Source of the DNA: Sphingobacteriia bacterium
Lineage (GTDB): Bacteria; Bacteroidota; Bacteroidia; Chitinophagales; Chitinophagaceae
Direction of reading: 5' to 3'
DNA length: 39,457 nt
Assembly (NCBI GenBank): GCA_043743375.1
Contig: JAYTXG010000121.1
Coordinates: forward strand, 1 to 39,457
Shown here: positions 25,998 to 35,033 of the stretch, piece by piece
How the letters are laid out: each line of letters starts with the position of its first letter
Numbering within the stretch: position 1 is the stretch's first letter
Program-made: the position numbers and the translations under genes
The notes under the pieces: generated by a model
What the model was told of the DNA's origin: nothing
Databases searched by the model: none
The model's input: the letters and a program-made list of their open reading frames with translations, nothing else

Positions 25998-27584
25998 ATG
26001 AAGTACGAAAAAGAAATCAATAGAAGAAAAACATTTGCCATCATTTCTCACCCTGATGCGGGCAAAACAACATTAACAGAGAAGCTCCTTTTATTTGGAG
26101 GCGCTATACAAGTGGCTGGAGCAGTTAAAAGCAATAAGATAAAGAAAGGCGCTACAAGTGATTTTATGGAAATAGAACGCCAGAGAGGTATTTCTGTTGC
26201 TACTTCTGTAATGACTTTCGAATACAATAACACCCTTATTAATTTATTAGACACGCCAGGTCACAAAGACTTTGCAGAGGATACTTATAGAACCCTTACT
26301 GCTGTTGATAGCGTAATATTGGTGATAGATAGCGTAAACGGGGTAGAAGCACAAACACGCAGACTAATGGAAGTGTGTAGAATGCGAGATACGCCAGTTA
26401 TTGTGTTCATCAATAAAATGGACCGAGATGGAAAGAACAGATTCGATTTATTGGAAGAAATAGAGAAGGAATTAGGTATTTCATTACACCCCATGACTTG
26501 GCCCATTAATAGTGGTAAGGAATTTAAAGGAGTGTATAATTTAGATAACAAAAGTCTGCGTTTGTTTAAAGCAAGTACCAAGGCTAATGAAGAAGATATA
26601 GTGGCAATTGCCAATTTGAATGATGCGTTATTAGATGCCAAAGTGGGAGAAAGAGACGCAGCACAGTTACGCGAAGATGTAGAGCTGATAGATGGAGTTT
26701 ATGGCGATTTGAATGCCGAAGATTACCTCAAAGGTAAAATAGCTCCCGTATTTTTTGGGAGTGCGGTAAATAATTTTGGGGTAAAGGAAATGCTCGACAC
26801 GTTTATTCGTATTGCTCCTATACCTCGTTCAAGAGATACCTCCACGAGAACAGTAGAAGTGGGTGAAGAAAAATTCAGTGGATTTATTTTTAAAATACAT
26901 GCCAACCTCGATCCTAAGCATAGAGATAGAATTGCATTTATGAGGGTATGCAGTGGTAGATTTGAGCGCAATAAATACTACCACCATGTTCGCAATAATA
27001 AAGACATGCGGTTTAGTAATCCTTATAGTTTTATGGCAAGAAATAAGGAGGTGGTAGATGATGCTTATGCAGGAGATGTGGTAGGTTTATTTGATACAGG
27101 GAACTTTAAAATTGGTGATACGATGACGGAAGGAGAAGATTTTTATTTTGCTGGAATTCCTACATTTTCACCTGAAATTTTTAAAGAGTTGGTCAATCGA
27201 GATCCAATGAAAACCAAACAGTTAGATAAAGGAATTAGTCAGCTTACAGATGAAGGAGTTGCACAATTATTTACCCAGTTTGGGGGCAATAAAAAAATTA
27301 TTGGTTGTGTGGGCGAACTGCAGTTTGAAGTTATTCAATATAGATTATTGCACGAGTATGGAGCCGCATGTGAGTTTAGAACCTTGCCCTTTTTTAAAGC
27401 ATGTTGGTTAACCAGTGCAGACCCTAAAAAGCTAGATGATTTCTTGCGATTCAAACAACAAAATGCAGCTTTAGACAAAGATGAAAATCCTGTTTACCTC
27501 GCGCAAAGCGAATGGTTTTTAAATACCGAGATTACCAATAACCCCGATATAACTTTTCATTTTACCAGTGAAGTGCATAAGTAG
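25998..27584 (+). CDS. prfC: Peptide chain release factor 3
   Basis: [49 protein letters not shown] and GELQFEV. Confidence 0.98.
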   Translation: MKYEKEINRRKTFAIISHPDAGKTTLTEKLLLFGGAIQVAGAVKSNKIKKGATSDFMEIERQRGISVATSVMTFEYNNTLINLLDTPGHKDFAEDTYRTLTAVDSVILVIDSVNGVEAQTRRLMEVCRMRDTPVIVFINKMDRDGKNRFDLLEEIEKELGISLHPMTWPINSGKEFKGVYNLDNKSLRLFKASTKANEEDIVAIANLNDALLDAKVGERDAAQLREDVELIDGVYGDLNAEDYLKGKIAPVFFGSAVNNFGVKEMLDTFIRIAPIPRSRDTSTRTVEVGEEKFSGFIFKIHANLDPKHRDRIAFMRVCSGRFERNKYYHHVRNNKDMRFSNPYSFMARNKEVVDDAYAGDVVGLFDTGNFKIGDTMTEGEDFYFAGIPTFSPEIFKELVNRDPMKTKQLDKGISQLTDEGVAQLFTQFGGNKKIIGCVGELQFEVIQYRLLHEYGAACEFRTLPFFKACWLTSADPKKLDDFLRFKQQNAALDKDENPVYLAQSEWFLNTEITNNPDITFHFTSEVHK

Positions 27585-27661
27585 GCATTAAGGAATTACG
27601 GGATTTCGTCATTGCGGTATTATGCTAGTTAACTGACCCAACCACGTAATGCCCTAATGCC
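27584..27661. repeat. Octamer-built stem-loop element (REP/MITE-like)
   Basis: Five 8-bp units GCATTAAG/GAATTACG/GGATTTCG/TCATTGCG/GTATTATG, then inverted units CGTAATGC/CCTAATGC. Segments 27584-27600 and 27645-27661 are 15/17 reverse-complementary. Confidence 0.7.
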
Positions 27662-27668
27662 GCATAAC

Positions 27669-27706
27669 TGTATAAACTTTATACATTCCATATATACTTA
27701 CCTTTG
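27669..27706 (+). promoter_or_regulatory. Promoter of the DUF1800-DUF1501 operon with a palindromic operator candidate
   Basis: TACCTTTG (-7 element) at 27699-27706 and a perfect TGTATAAA-C-TTTATACA palindrome at 27669-27685. Confidence 0.65.
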
Positions 27707-27727
27707 CCTAATTACGTTATATAAAAG

Positions 27728-29338
27728 ATGTCCTCACCAATATTCAACAGAATATCGAATCCACCGGTTGAAATACTTTTGTTAAATAAACTGGGGTTCG
27801 GTCCAAATGCTTCATCACTCCAAAGAATTAAAGAATTAGGTATTAAGGGTTATATAGAAGAGCAGTTATCACCCGATGATAGCAAAGACGATTTACTCAA
27901 TAAAAAATTGAAGGAACTATCGTACCCTATAGAGTACACAAAATTTGCTGCAGACGGCACAAAAAAAATAATTAAAGAAAATAGGTATTATGAATTACTC
28001 GATGCGCCATTAACACGCTTATGGCCATTGTATGATGCATCGGTTAATTATGAAGAAAAAATTTATCCAGCCAAACAAGTATTTGGCGCATCAATCATAA
28101 GAGGGGTTTATAGCAAATGGCAGTTAAAAGAATTGATGGTGGATTTTTGGCACAATCATTTTAATGTAAGTGTTAAGATAGATGATCGGGTGGCTATTAC
28201 ATTTCCTATTTATGATAGAGAAGTAATTCGGAAAAACGTTTTTGGCAACTTCAGGGAGTTATTAGAAGGCGTTGCAAAAAGTGTTGCTATGCAATGTTAT
28301 TTAAATAATGCAAGTAGCAAAGCGAGTCCTGCTAATGAAAACTACGCAAGAGAATTATTTGAGTTGCACACATTGGGTTCAGTGCATTATTTAAATCATT
28401 TATACAATAGATGGAGGGAAGTGCCAGGGGCAGTAGATGGAAAGCCAGAAGGCTATATAGATGAAGATGTATATGAAGCTGCAAGGGCTTTCACGGGGTG
28501 GACAATTTCCGATGGGTCAGATGATTGGAAAGGAGGAAGGTTTGCCAATACTGGCGAGTTTCATTACCAAGAACAGTGGCACGATAATTACCAAAAAAGG
28601 GTGTTGGGAGTAGAGTTCAATCCCAATCAACCACCATTAAATGATGGAAATAAAGTATTGGATTTATTGGCTAATCATCCTGGAACAGCAAAATTTATTT
28701 GCAAAAAATTATGTACCAGAATTATATCTGATAAACCTACAGAAGAAATTATTGCATTAGCAGCAAGGGAGTGGATGATGAATATTGATAGTGCCGATCA
28801 AATAGCCAAAGTGGTAAAAGTAATTGCAATGTCGGAAGAATGCAGATTAACATGGGGAGAAAAAATTAAGCGACCACTAGAGTTAGCAATTTCTACATTA
28901 AGGGCGGTGGATGCAGATGTTACGCCCAATGATAATATGATGTGGGCATTATTGCAGATGGGCCAACAGCCTTTCGCATGGCCAACGCCCTCTGGATATC
29001 CAGATCAGGCTGCTTATTGGACTAATGCAGAAATGTTATTACGCCGATGGAATTTTCCGATTAATGTATTGAATTATTATTGGCATAATTATGCAAAGAC
29101 AGATGTTGCCGATCAGATACCAGCACAGTATAAAACCTGTAAAGACGTAACTATTTATTGGTTAAAGCGAATATTGGGTTACGTACCCGAGGGAGATATT
29201 TTGCAAAACCTAAGTGTATATTTTGCTGATGGAGGAAGACCAGAAAGAGAAATGTATGGCAAAGGAAATTTACGAAATGAAAAAGTAAATTGGTTAGTAA
29301 GTGCCATTTTATTATTACCAGATTTTCAGGTTAGATAA
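27728..29338 (+). CDS. DUF1800 family protein
   Basis: LNKLGFG, FWHNHFNVS, YLNN, NENYARELFELHTLG, EAARAFTGW, HPGTA and KIKRPLE. Confidence 0.92.
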   Translation: MSSPIFNRISNPPVEILLLNKLGFGPNASSLQRIKELGIKGYIEEQLSPDDSKDDLLNKKLKELSYPIEYTKFAADGTKKIIKENRYYELLDAPLTRLWPLYDASVNYEEKIYPAKQVFGASIIRGVYSKWQLKELMVDFWHNHFNVSVKIDDRVAITFPIYDREVIRKNVFGNFRELLEGVAKSVAMQCYLNNASSKASPANENYARELFELHTLGSVHYLNHLYNRWREVPGAVDGKPEGYIDEDVYEAARAFTGWTISDGSDDWKGGRFANTGEFHYQEQWHDNYQKRVLGVEFNPNQPPLNDGNKVLDLLANHPGTAKFICKKLCTRIISDKPTEEIIALAAREWMMNIDSADQIAKVVKVIAMSEECRLTWGEKIKRPLELAISTLRAVDADVTPNDNMMWALLQMGQQPFAWPTPSGYPDQAAYWTNAEMLLRRWNFPINVLNYYWHNYAKTDVADQIPAQYKTCKDVTIYWLKRILGYVPEGDILQNLSVYFADGGRPEREMYGKGNLRNEKVNWLVSAILLLPDFQVR

Positions 29339-29339
29339 T

Positions 29340-30578
29340 ATGCAAAGAAGAGATTTTATACAACAATGTAGTTCAGCAACGGCGGCAATGATGCTCACTG
29401 GGATCACTGGTATTTCTATGCGACCAGCTTATTTGCCCAATAACGAAATTTTTGTAATGGTTTTTTTGCGTGGTGGGTGTGATGGGTTACAATTAATTGC
29501 TCCGGTAAATGATCCACATTATTTTGCCGATAGAGAACCGGCATTGCGCGTATCCGAAGCTGGAGAAAATGCGGGTCTGAAGTTAAAGAATGGTTTGGGT
29601 GATGTTGATTTTCGTTTTCATTCATCGGCGCCGCAATTAAAAGAGTTGTATGATTCAGATCAGTTGGCTGTAATACATGCATGCGGATTAACGAACGGAA
29701 CGCGCAGTCACTTTGATGCTCAAGACATGATAGAGAAGGGTATTCAGAGTAAAAAAAGTATTTCGGAGGGATGGTTAGCTCGTTATTTAAATTCTATTTC
29801 AGATAAAAATAATTTCAGTGCTGTAGCTGCTGGTAGCAGCATGCCATTATCATTATGGGGAAGCCCTACTGCCATATCAATTAATGGGTTGAATGATTTT
29901 GCTATTCAGGCCGATGGTAATTTTAATAATTTAATTCGTAAGTCGTATAATGACCAGTCGCAGTTGGGTAAAACTGCATTGCAAACATTTTATACAATAG
30001 ATATGTTGCAGAAAAAAATGCCTCGTAGAGGAAATGGAGAAGCAGTGCAGTATAAGCCAGATAATGGAGCTATTTATAAGGATGATGATTTTGGGAGAAG
30101 CTTGAAAAATTTAGCACAATTAATTAAGTTAGATGTTGGCATACAAGTTTCTACTGTAGATTATGGAGGATGGGATACGCATGAATATCAGGCATATCGT
30201 TTTCCGGATTTGGTAAAGAGTTTAAGTCAGAATCTGCATGCATTTTACAACGATTTAAATAAGTTCCAGCATCGATTAACGGTTTTAGTGATGAGTGAAT
30301 TTGGGAGGAGGGTAAAGAGTAATAAAAGTAATGGCACCGATCATGGTTTTGGCAATGCAATGATGGCATTGGGGGGTAATGTAAAAGGGGGTAAGATGTA
30401 TGGGAATTGGAAGGGATTAAAAACCGAGAATTTAGACAATGGTGTTGATCTTGCAGTAACAACAGATTATAGAACTATATTGCATGAGATATTGTTAAAG
30501 CGAATGAATGTAACAGATGCAATGAAATATGTGTTGCCATTTTATACTCCTGTAACGCCCATTAATTTTTTGGGATAG
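29340..30578 (+). CDS. DUF1501 family protein with a twin-arginine signal
   Basis: MQRRDFI start at ATG 29340, one base after the DUF1800 stop. Motifs LRGGCDGL, RSHF, GWLARYL, GGWDTH, SEFGR, GTDHG and TTDYR. Confidence 0.92.
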   Translation: MQRRDFIQQCSSATAAMMLTGITGISMRPAYLPNNEIFVMVFLRGGCDGLQLIAPVNDPHYFADREPALRVSEAGENAGLKLKNGLGDVDFRFHSSAPQLKELYDSDQLAVIHACGLTNGTRSHFDAQDMIEKGIQSKKSISEGWLARYLNSISDKNNFSAVAAGSSMPLSLWGSPTAISINGLNDFAIQADGNFNNLIRKSYNDQSQLGKTALQTFYTIDMLQKKMPRRGNGEAVQYKPDNGAIYKDDDFGRSLKNLAQLIKLDVGIQVSTVDYGGWDTHEYQAYRFPDLVKSLSQNLHAFYNDLNKFQHRLTVLVMSEFGRRVKSNKSNGTDHGFGNAMMALGGNVKGGKMYGNWKGLKTENLDNGVDLAVTTDYRTILHEILLKRMNVTDAMKYVLPFYTPVTPINFLG

Positions 30579-30633
30579 AGCTGGTCATCTCAACCCCCAC
30601 TAATTCCTGAATTATTTTGTTCAATTAAGTGCT

Positions 30634-30662
30634 ATAAAAAAGCCCACTCAATGAGCGGGCTT
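30634..30662 (-). terminator. Intrinsic terminator of mdh (possibly bidirectional)
   Basis: Minus strand reads AAGCCCGCTC-ATT-GAGTGGGCTT followed by TTTTAT. Confidence 0.8.
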
Positions 30663-30682
30663 ATATTCTTTTTAAAATATTA

Positions 30683-31612
30683 TTATAAAGTCTTTAACAC
30701 CGAATTCATACTACGAACTGCATCTGCACTTTTATTAAATGCGGTTTGCTCATCGGCATTTAATTGATAGTCGAGTATTTTTTCCCAACCATTTTTGCCA
30801 ATAGTAACAGGTACTCCTAAACAAATATCAGACTGACCATATTCTCCGTTTAAACTAACACAACAAGTAAATAACTTTTTCTGATCACGTACAATGCTTT
30901 CTACCATTGCAGCTCCTGCAGCACCCGGTGCGTACCAAGCCGAAGTGCCAATTAGTTTAGTAAGTGTTGCTCCACCAACCATTGTATCATTTACAATTTG
31001 TTGTTGTTGTTCTGCACTTAAGAAATTAGTAACAGGAGCAGAGTTCCAAGTTGCATATCTAATTAAAGGAATCATAGTAGTATCACCATGTCCGCCTATA
31101 ACTACTGCATTTAAATCAGCAGGACTACAACCAAGGTGTTGACTTAATTGATACTTAAATCTGCTACTGTCTAATGTGCCACCCATTCCAATGATTCTAT
31201 GCTTAGGCAATCCAGTAGCAGTTAATGCTAAATAAGTCATTGTATCCATTGGATTACTAATCACTATAATGATTGTATTAGGAGAATGCTTTAAAATATT
31301 TTCACAAACAGTTTTTACAATACCTGCATTAGTGCCAATCAACTCTTCCCTTGTCATACCTGGTTTACGAGGAATACCAGAAGTTATTACAACAACATCA
31401 CTACCTGCAGTTTTTGCATAATCGTTGGTGCTTCCAACAATTTTTGTATCAAACCCTAATAATGCAGCAGTTTGCATCATATCCTGTGCTTTACCTTCAG
31501 CTAAACCTTCTTTAATATCTAATAAAACCAACTCAGTACATAATTCTTTGCGGGCAATATTATCGGCACATGTGGCTCCTACGGCTCCTGCACCTACTAC
31601 GGTAACTTTCAT
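30683..31612 (-). CDS. mdh: Malate dehydrogenase (LDH-like type)
   Basis: GAGAVG Rossmann motif, PRKPGMTR specificity loop, SNPMD, LDSSR and GGHGD. Confidence 0.96.
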   Translation of the reverse strand: MKVTVVGAGAVGATCADNIARKELCTELVLLDIKEGLAEGKAQDMMQTAALLGFDTKIVGSTNDYAKTAGSDVVVITSGIPRKPGMTREELIGTNAGIVKTVCENILKHSPNTIIIVISNPMDTMTYLALTATGLPKHRIIGMGGTLDSSRFKYQLSQHLGCSPADLNAVVIGGHGDTTMIPLIRYATWNSAPVTNFLSAEQQQQIVNDTMVGGATLTKLIGTSAWYAPGAAGAAMVESIVRDQKKLFTCCVSLNGEYGQSDICLGVPVTIGKNGWEKILDYQLNADEQTAFNKSADAVRSMNSVLKTL

Positions 31613-31648
31613 AATTAGAATTGTTTAAAATGATTAATTGTAGAAACA

Positions 31649-31656
31649 CAAAGTTA
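31649..31656 (-). promoter_or_regulatory. Bacteroidota -7 promoter element for mdh (TAACTTTG)
   Basis: TAnnTTTG match on the minus strand, 36 nt upstream of the ATG. Confidence 0.65.
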
Positions 31657-31667
31657 CAACCAGGCTG

Positions 31668-32171
31668 TTACTTTTTATTAATAAATTCGATTAATTCGGG
31701 CATTTCTACCCCCATATCCCAAGCTTTTAAAAATTGTTTGTTTTTATCATATAAAGCAACAAATGGAGTAAACTTTACTTGATAAAAAGCAGGGATTATA
31801 TATTTTGGATCTCTGCCCACTTTCATATTTGGGTATTTGTTGAGTTTGTATTGGTAATAGAATTTTTTGATATCATCAAAATCACGGTAACTAGCCCAAA
31901 TAAAGAGAACGTTTTGTAAACTATCAATTTTACTTACAATCTCTTTGGCCTCATACTGGCAATGACTACATTCTGGACTAAAATAAATAATCATTGTGTA
32001 TTCATAAGATGGGAGAGTGGCTTTTGTTAACCAAGTACTATCTGTTTGTAGTAACTTAAATTCTGGTAGCATAGAATTTTTTTGATACGTTGGAATGGTA
32101 TCAATTGGAGATTGGGCTTGCAGTGTATATGCTAAGACAAAGGCACTAAAAATTAAAAAAATCTTTTTCAT
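31668..32171 (-). CDS. Exported thioredoxin-fold (redoxin/TlpA-like) protein
   Basis: Signal peptide MKKIFLIF...LQAQ, FSPECSHC active site and FTP cis-Pro loop. Confidence 0.85.
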   Translation of the reverse strand: MKKIFLIFSAFVLAYTLQAQSPIDTIPTYQKNSMLPEFKLLQTDSTWLTKATLPSYEYTMIIYFSPECSHCQYEAKEIVSKIDSLQNVLFIWASYRDFDDIKKFYYQYKLNKYPNMKVGRDPKYIIPAFYQVKFTPFVALYDKNKQFLKAWDMGVEMPELIEFINKK

Positions 32172-32184
32172 ATGCTGGGTATTT

Positions 32185-32961
32185 CTAAATTTTTCCATCC
32201 GCTTCCATCATTCTCATTTGCTTTGCGTCTTGCAAAAAATCAGAAGCAAAAATAAAATTATTCAACAACTTATCTTTACTAAAAATAATGTCTTTGTTGG
32301 TTCCTTCCCATTGCTTCTTTCCTTGATGAAGGTAAACAATATGGTCGCCAATTTCCATCACACTATTCATATCATGGGTAACAACAATTGTTGTGATATT
32401 GAATTCTACAGTAATCTCTTTAATTAGTTTGTCTATTACCAATGAAGTTTGTGGGTCTAAACCTGAATTGGGTTCGTCACAAAAAAGATATTTAGGGTTT
32501 AACACAATTGATCGTGCTATACCAACCCTTTTTTTCATTCCTCCACTAATTTCTGCTGGATATCTTTTATGCGTATCAGTTAAATTAACACGCTCCAAAA
32601 CTTCAGATGCTCTTCTTTTTTTTTCTGCTGTAGTCCAGTTAGTAAACATATCTAAAGGAAATATCACGTTCTGTTCAACTGTCATAGAATCAAATAATGC
32701 ACTCCCTTGAAATAGCATACCAATTTTTTGTCGAAGTAGTTTTCTTTCTTTAGTATCCATGGTAATAATATCTTGGCCATCATAAGAAATCACCCCTGTT
32801 TCAGGATAAAATAAACCTACAATACATTTAGTAAGTACTGTTTTGCCGCTTCCGCTGGCACCAATAATCAGATTGCATTTGCCAGTTTCCATTACAGCAT
32901 TAATTCCATCTAAAATGGATCTTCCTTCAAAGCTTTTCCTTATATCACTAACTTCAATCAT
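32185..32961 (-). CDS. MlaF/Mkl-like ABC transporter ATPase
   Basis: GASGSGKT, GMLFQGSALFDSMTVEQNV, ISGGMKKRVG, DEPNSGLDP and VTHD. ATG 32961 preferred. Confidence 0.88.
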   Translation of the reverse strand: MIEVSDIRKSFEGRSILDGINAVMETGKCNLIIGASGSGKTVLTKCIVGLFYPETGVISYDGQDIITMDTKERKLLRQKIGMLFQGSALFDSMTVEQNVIFPLDMFTNWTTAEKKRRASEVLERVNLTDTHKRYPAEISGGMKKRVGIARSIVLNPKYLFCDEPNSGLDPQTSLVIDKLIKEITVEFNITTIVVTHDMNSVMEIGDHIVYLHQGKKQWEGTNKDIIFSKDKLLNNFIFASDFLQDAKQMRMMEADGKI

Positions 32962-32986
32962 GTTTGTGCAAACTACTAATAAGTTA

Positions 32987-34201
32987 TCAATTGATGTCAA
33001 TCTGATTTCTTAATAAATCCTCAAAAATATCTCTTTTGCGAATCAAATAAATTTCGTTTTCCTTAACCATTACTTGTGGGGGCAAGAAACGTGAGTTATA
33101 ATTGCTACCCATTTCAAAACCATAAGCTCCAGCATTATCAAATACCAATAAATCGCCCTCTCTTACTTCATTTAATTCTCTATCCCAAGCAAATGTGTCG
33201 GTTTCGCAAATATTTCCTACTACCGCATATTTTTTTATAATGCCATTTGGGTTACTAATATTTCTAATTCGATGAAATGCTTCATAAAACATCGGTCTGA
33301 TTAAGTGATTGAAACCACTATTAACCCCTACAAATGTTGCAGCAGTATTTTCTTTGATTACATTAACAGTTGTAATAAAACTACCGCATTCACTTACTAA
33401 ATATTTACCAGGTTCAAACCAAGTTTGAAAATTTTTTCCGTAATGAGTTTTTAATTTATTTAACACTTCATTTACTTTAGTTGCAAGTAGCTTAATATCA
33501 GTGCCAGTTTCATTATCATGATAAGGCACTTTAAATCCGCCCCCAAGATCTAGAAATTGTAATTCAGGAAAATATGGAATTAAGTTGAAAAAAATATCAG
33601 CTACCCGCATAAAAATAGCAACATCTTTTATTTCACTTCCTGTATGAACATGTAATCCTGAAATGTAAATATTATGTGTTTTTATTAAACTGAGAATTGC
33701 ATCTAATTGTTCTATTGGAATTCCAAATTTGCTTTTCTCATGACCAGTTGAGATTTTTAAATTTCCACCTGCCATAATATTCGGCCGAAGTCTTATTCCT
33801 ACTGGGTAACTATGACCATATTGTTGTCCAAATTTTTCGAGATTCGAAAGACTATCTATATTGATATTGATACCCATACCAACAGCTTCCTGAATTTCTT
33901 CAAAAGCTATACCGTTGCTGGTGTATAGAATATTTTTAGGATCAAAACCTGCATATAATGCCAATTTAGCTTCATTGATTGAGCTACAATCTATATTGCA
34001 TCCGAGTGAATGAATATGTTTTAGAATATTAATATTCGTGAGTGATTTGCAGGCAAAAAAGAATTTTGTATTGGTGCCTTCAAATGCATTGGTTAAATGT
34101 AAATATTGCTCAGTTATTTTATCTGCATTATATACATACAATGGCGTACCATAAGTAGCTGCTATTGATGTTAATTGATTGTTACTATTTGTTAGGTACA
34201 T
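32987..34201 (-). CDS. lysA: Diaminopimelate decarboxylase
   Basis: GTPLYVY, PLP lysine FACKS, SKFG, HVHTGS, GGG, EPGKY, CETD and GAYG...SNYN. Confidence 0.95.
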   Translation of the reverse strand: MYLTNSNNQLTSIAATYGTPLYVYNADKITEQYLHLTNAFEGTNTKFFFACKSLTNINILKHIHSLGCNIDCSSINEAKLALYAGFDPKNILYTSNGIAFEEIQEAVGMGININIDSLSNLEKFGQQYGHSYPVGIRLRPNIMAGGNLKISTGHEKSKFGIPIEQLDAILSLIKTHNIYISGLHVHTGSEIKDVAIFMRVADIFFNLIPYFPELQFLDLGGGFKVPYHDNETGTDIKLLATKVNEVLNKLKTHYGKNFQTWFEPGKYLVSECGSFITTVNVIKENTAATFVGVNSGFNHLIRPMFYEAFHRIRNISNPNGIIKKYAVVGNICETDTFAWDRELNEVREGDLLVFDNAGAYGFEMGSNYNSRFLPPQVMVKENEIYLIRKRDIFEDLLRNQIDIN

Positions 34202-34223
34202 GTCGTAAAGATAATAACCAAAT

Positions 34224-34973
34224 TTATGCTGGGTTATTTTCTTCTGCGGAATTATCGCTTTCTTCTTCTTTTTTAATAATCAGTTCCCCTTCTTCATTCA
34301 CTTCTATTTCTGAAACATCACCTTCAATGATTTCTTCTTCATGAACAATTGAATTTGAAATTGAATCTGCAATTGGATGGTCGGTAAAGTCTTCTGGTTT
34401 TATTAAAGTTCCTTCTACCCACTGTTCTGCCAATACTTCCTTAATTTTTGGAAGGTCTGAAGTATTGTTTATCCCAAAATAATCCATAAAAGTCTTTGAA
34501 GTTGCGTATATCAGCGGCTTTCCAGGCATTTGCTCATTTCTTCCACTTATAAGAACAAGTTCTTTTTCGAGCAGTTTTTGAATACTATAATCTGTATTTA
34601 CGCCACGAATAGCTTCTATTTCTCCTTTAGTTATGGGTTGTTTATAGGCAATAATTGCCAATGTTTCGAGGGCAGCATTGGAAAGTCGCTTTAAAAACTT
34701 ATCTCCGTTCAACTGTGCTATTGTTTTATGAAAATCTTTCTTTGTAAGAAACTGCCATCCACCTCCACTTTCGCGGACTTCAAAAGGGTAAAATTCTGAA
34801 TCATATTTCTCCTTAATTCCTTCTATTGCAGACTCAATCTGGTCTAAGGAAATACGCTCCTCTAAAAATCCAAAATTATTATTGATTAACTCAACAATAT
34901 CTAATGCAGTAAGGGGTTTCTCACTTGCAAAAATGAGCACTTCAATATGTGGTATAATCTCGCTTAGTTCCAT
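34224..34973 (-). CDS. scpB: SMC-Scp complex subunit ScpB with an acidic C-terminal tail
   Basis: IEVLIFAS, LSNAALETLAIIAYKQPITKGEIEAIRGV, GKPLIY and FG...DLP. Confidence 0.95.
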   Translation of the reverse strand: MELSEIIPHIEVLIFASEKPLTALDIVELINNNFGFLEERISLDQIESAIEGIKEKYDSEFYPFEVRESGGGWQFLTKKDFHKTIAQLNGDKFLKRLSNAALETLAIIAYKQPITKGEIEAIRGVNTDYSIQKLLEKELVLISGRNEQMPGKPLIYATSKTFMDYFGINNTSDLPKIKEVLAEQWVEGTLIKPEDFTDHPIADSISNSIVHEEEIIEGDVSEIEVNEEGELIIKKEEESDNSAEENNPA

Positions 34974-34975
34974 TA

Positions 34976-35017
34976 TTGAGAGTTATGAATTATGAGTTAA
35001 GAGTTATGAGTTATTCT
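34976..35017. repeat. Degenerate heptamer tandem repeat, consensus TTATGAG
   Basis: TTGAGAG-TTATGAA-TTATGAG-TTAAGAG-TTATGAG-TTATTCT between atpG and scpB. Confidence 0.8.
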
Positions 35018-35033
35018 AAGTTAACCAAAATAA

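Noticed and set aside
25998-27584. Programmed frameshift in the release factor gene
   Set aside because: That is a prfB feature. This gene is prfC and its frame is uninterrupted.
27584-27661. CRISPR array or tRNA
   Set aside because: The units are 8 bp with no spacers and there are no cas genes. There is no cloverleaf, T-loop or CCA pattern.
29301-29339. Upstream GTG start for DUF1501
   Set aside because: It overlaps DUF1800 and buries the RR motif. ATG 29340 gives a proper Tat N-region.
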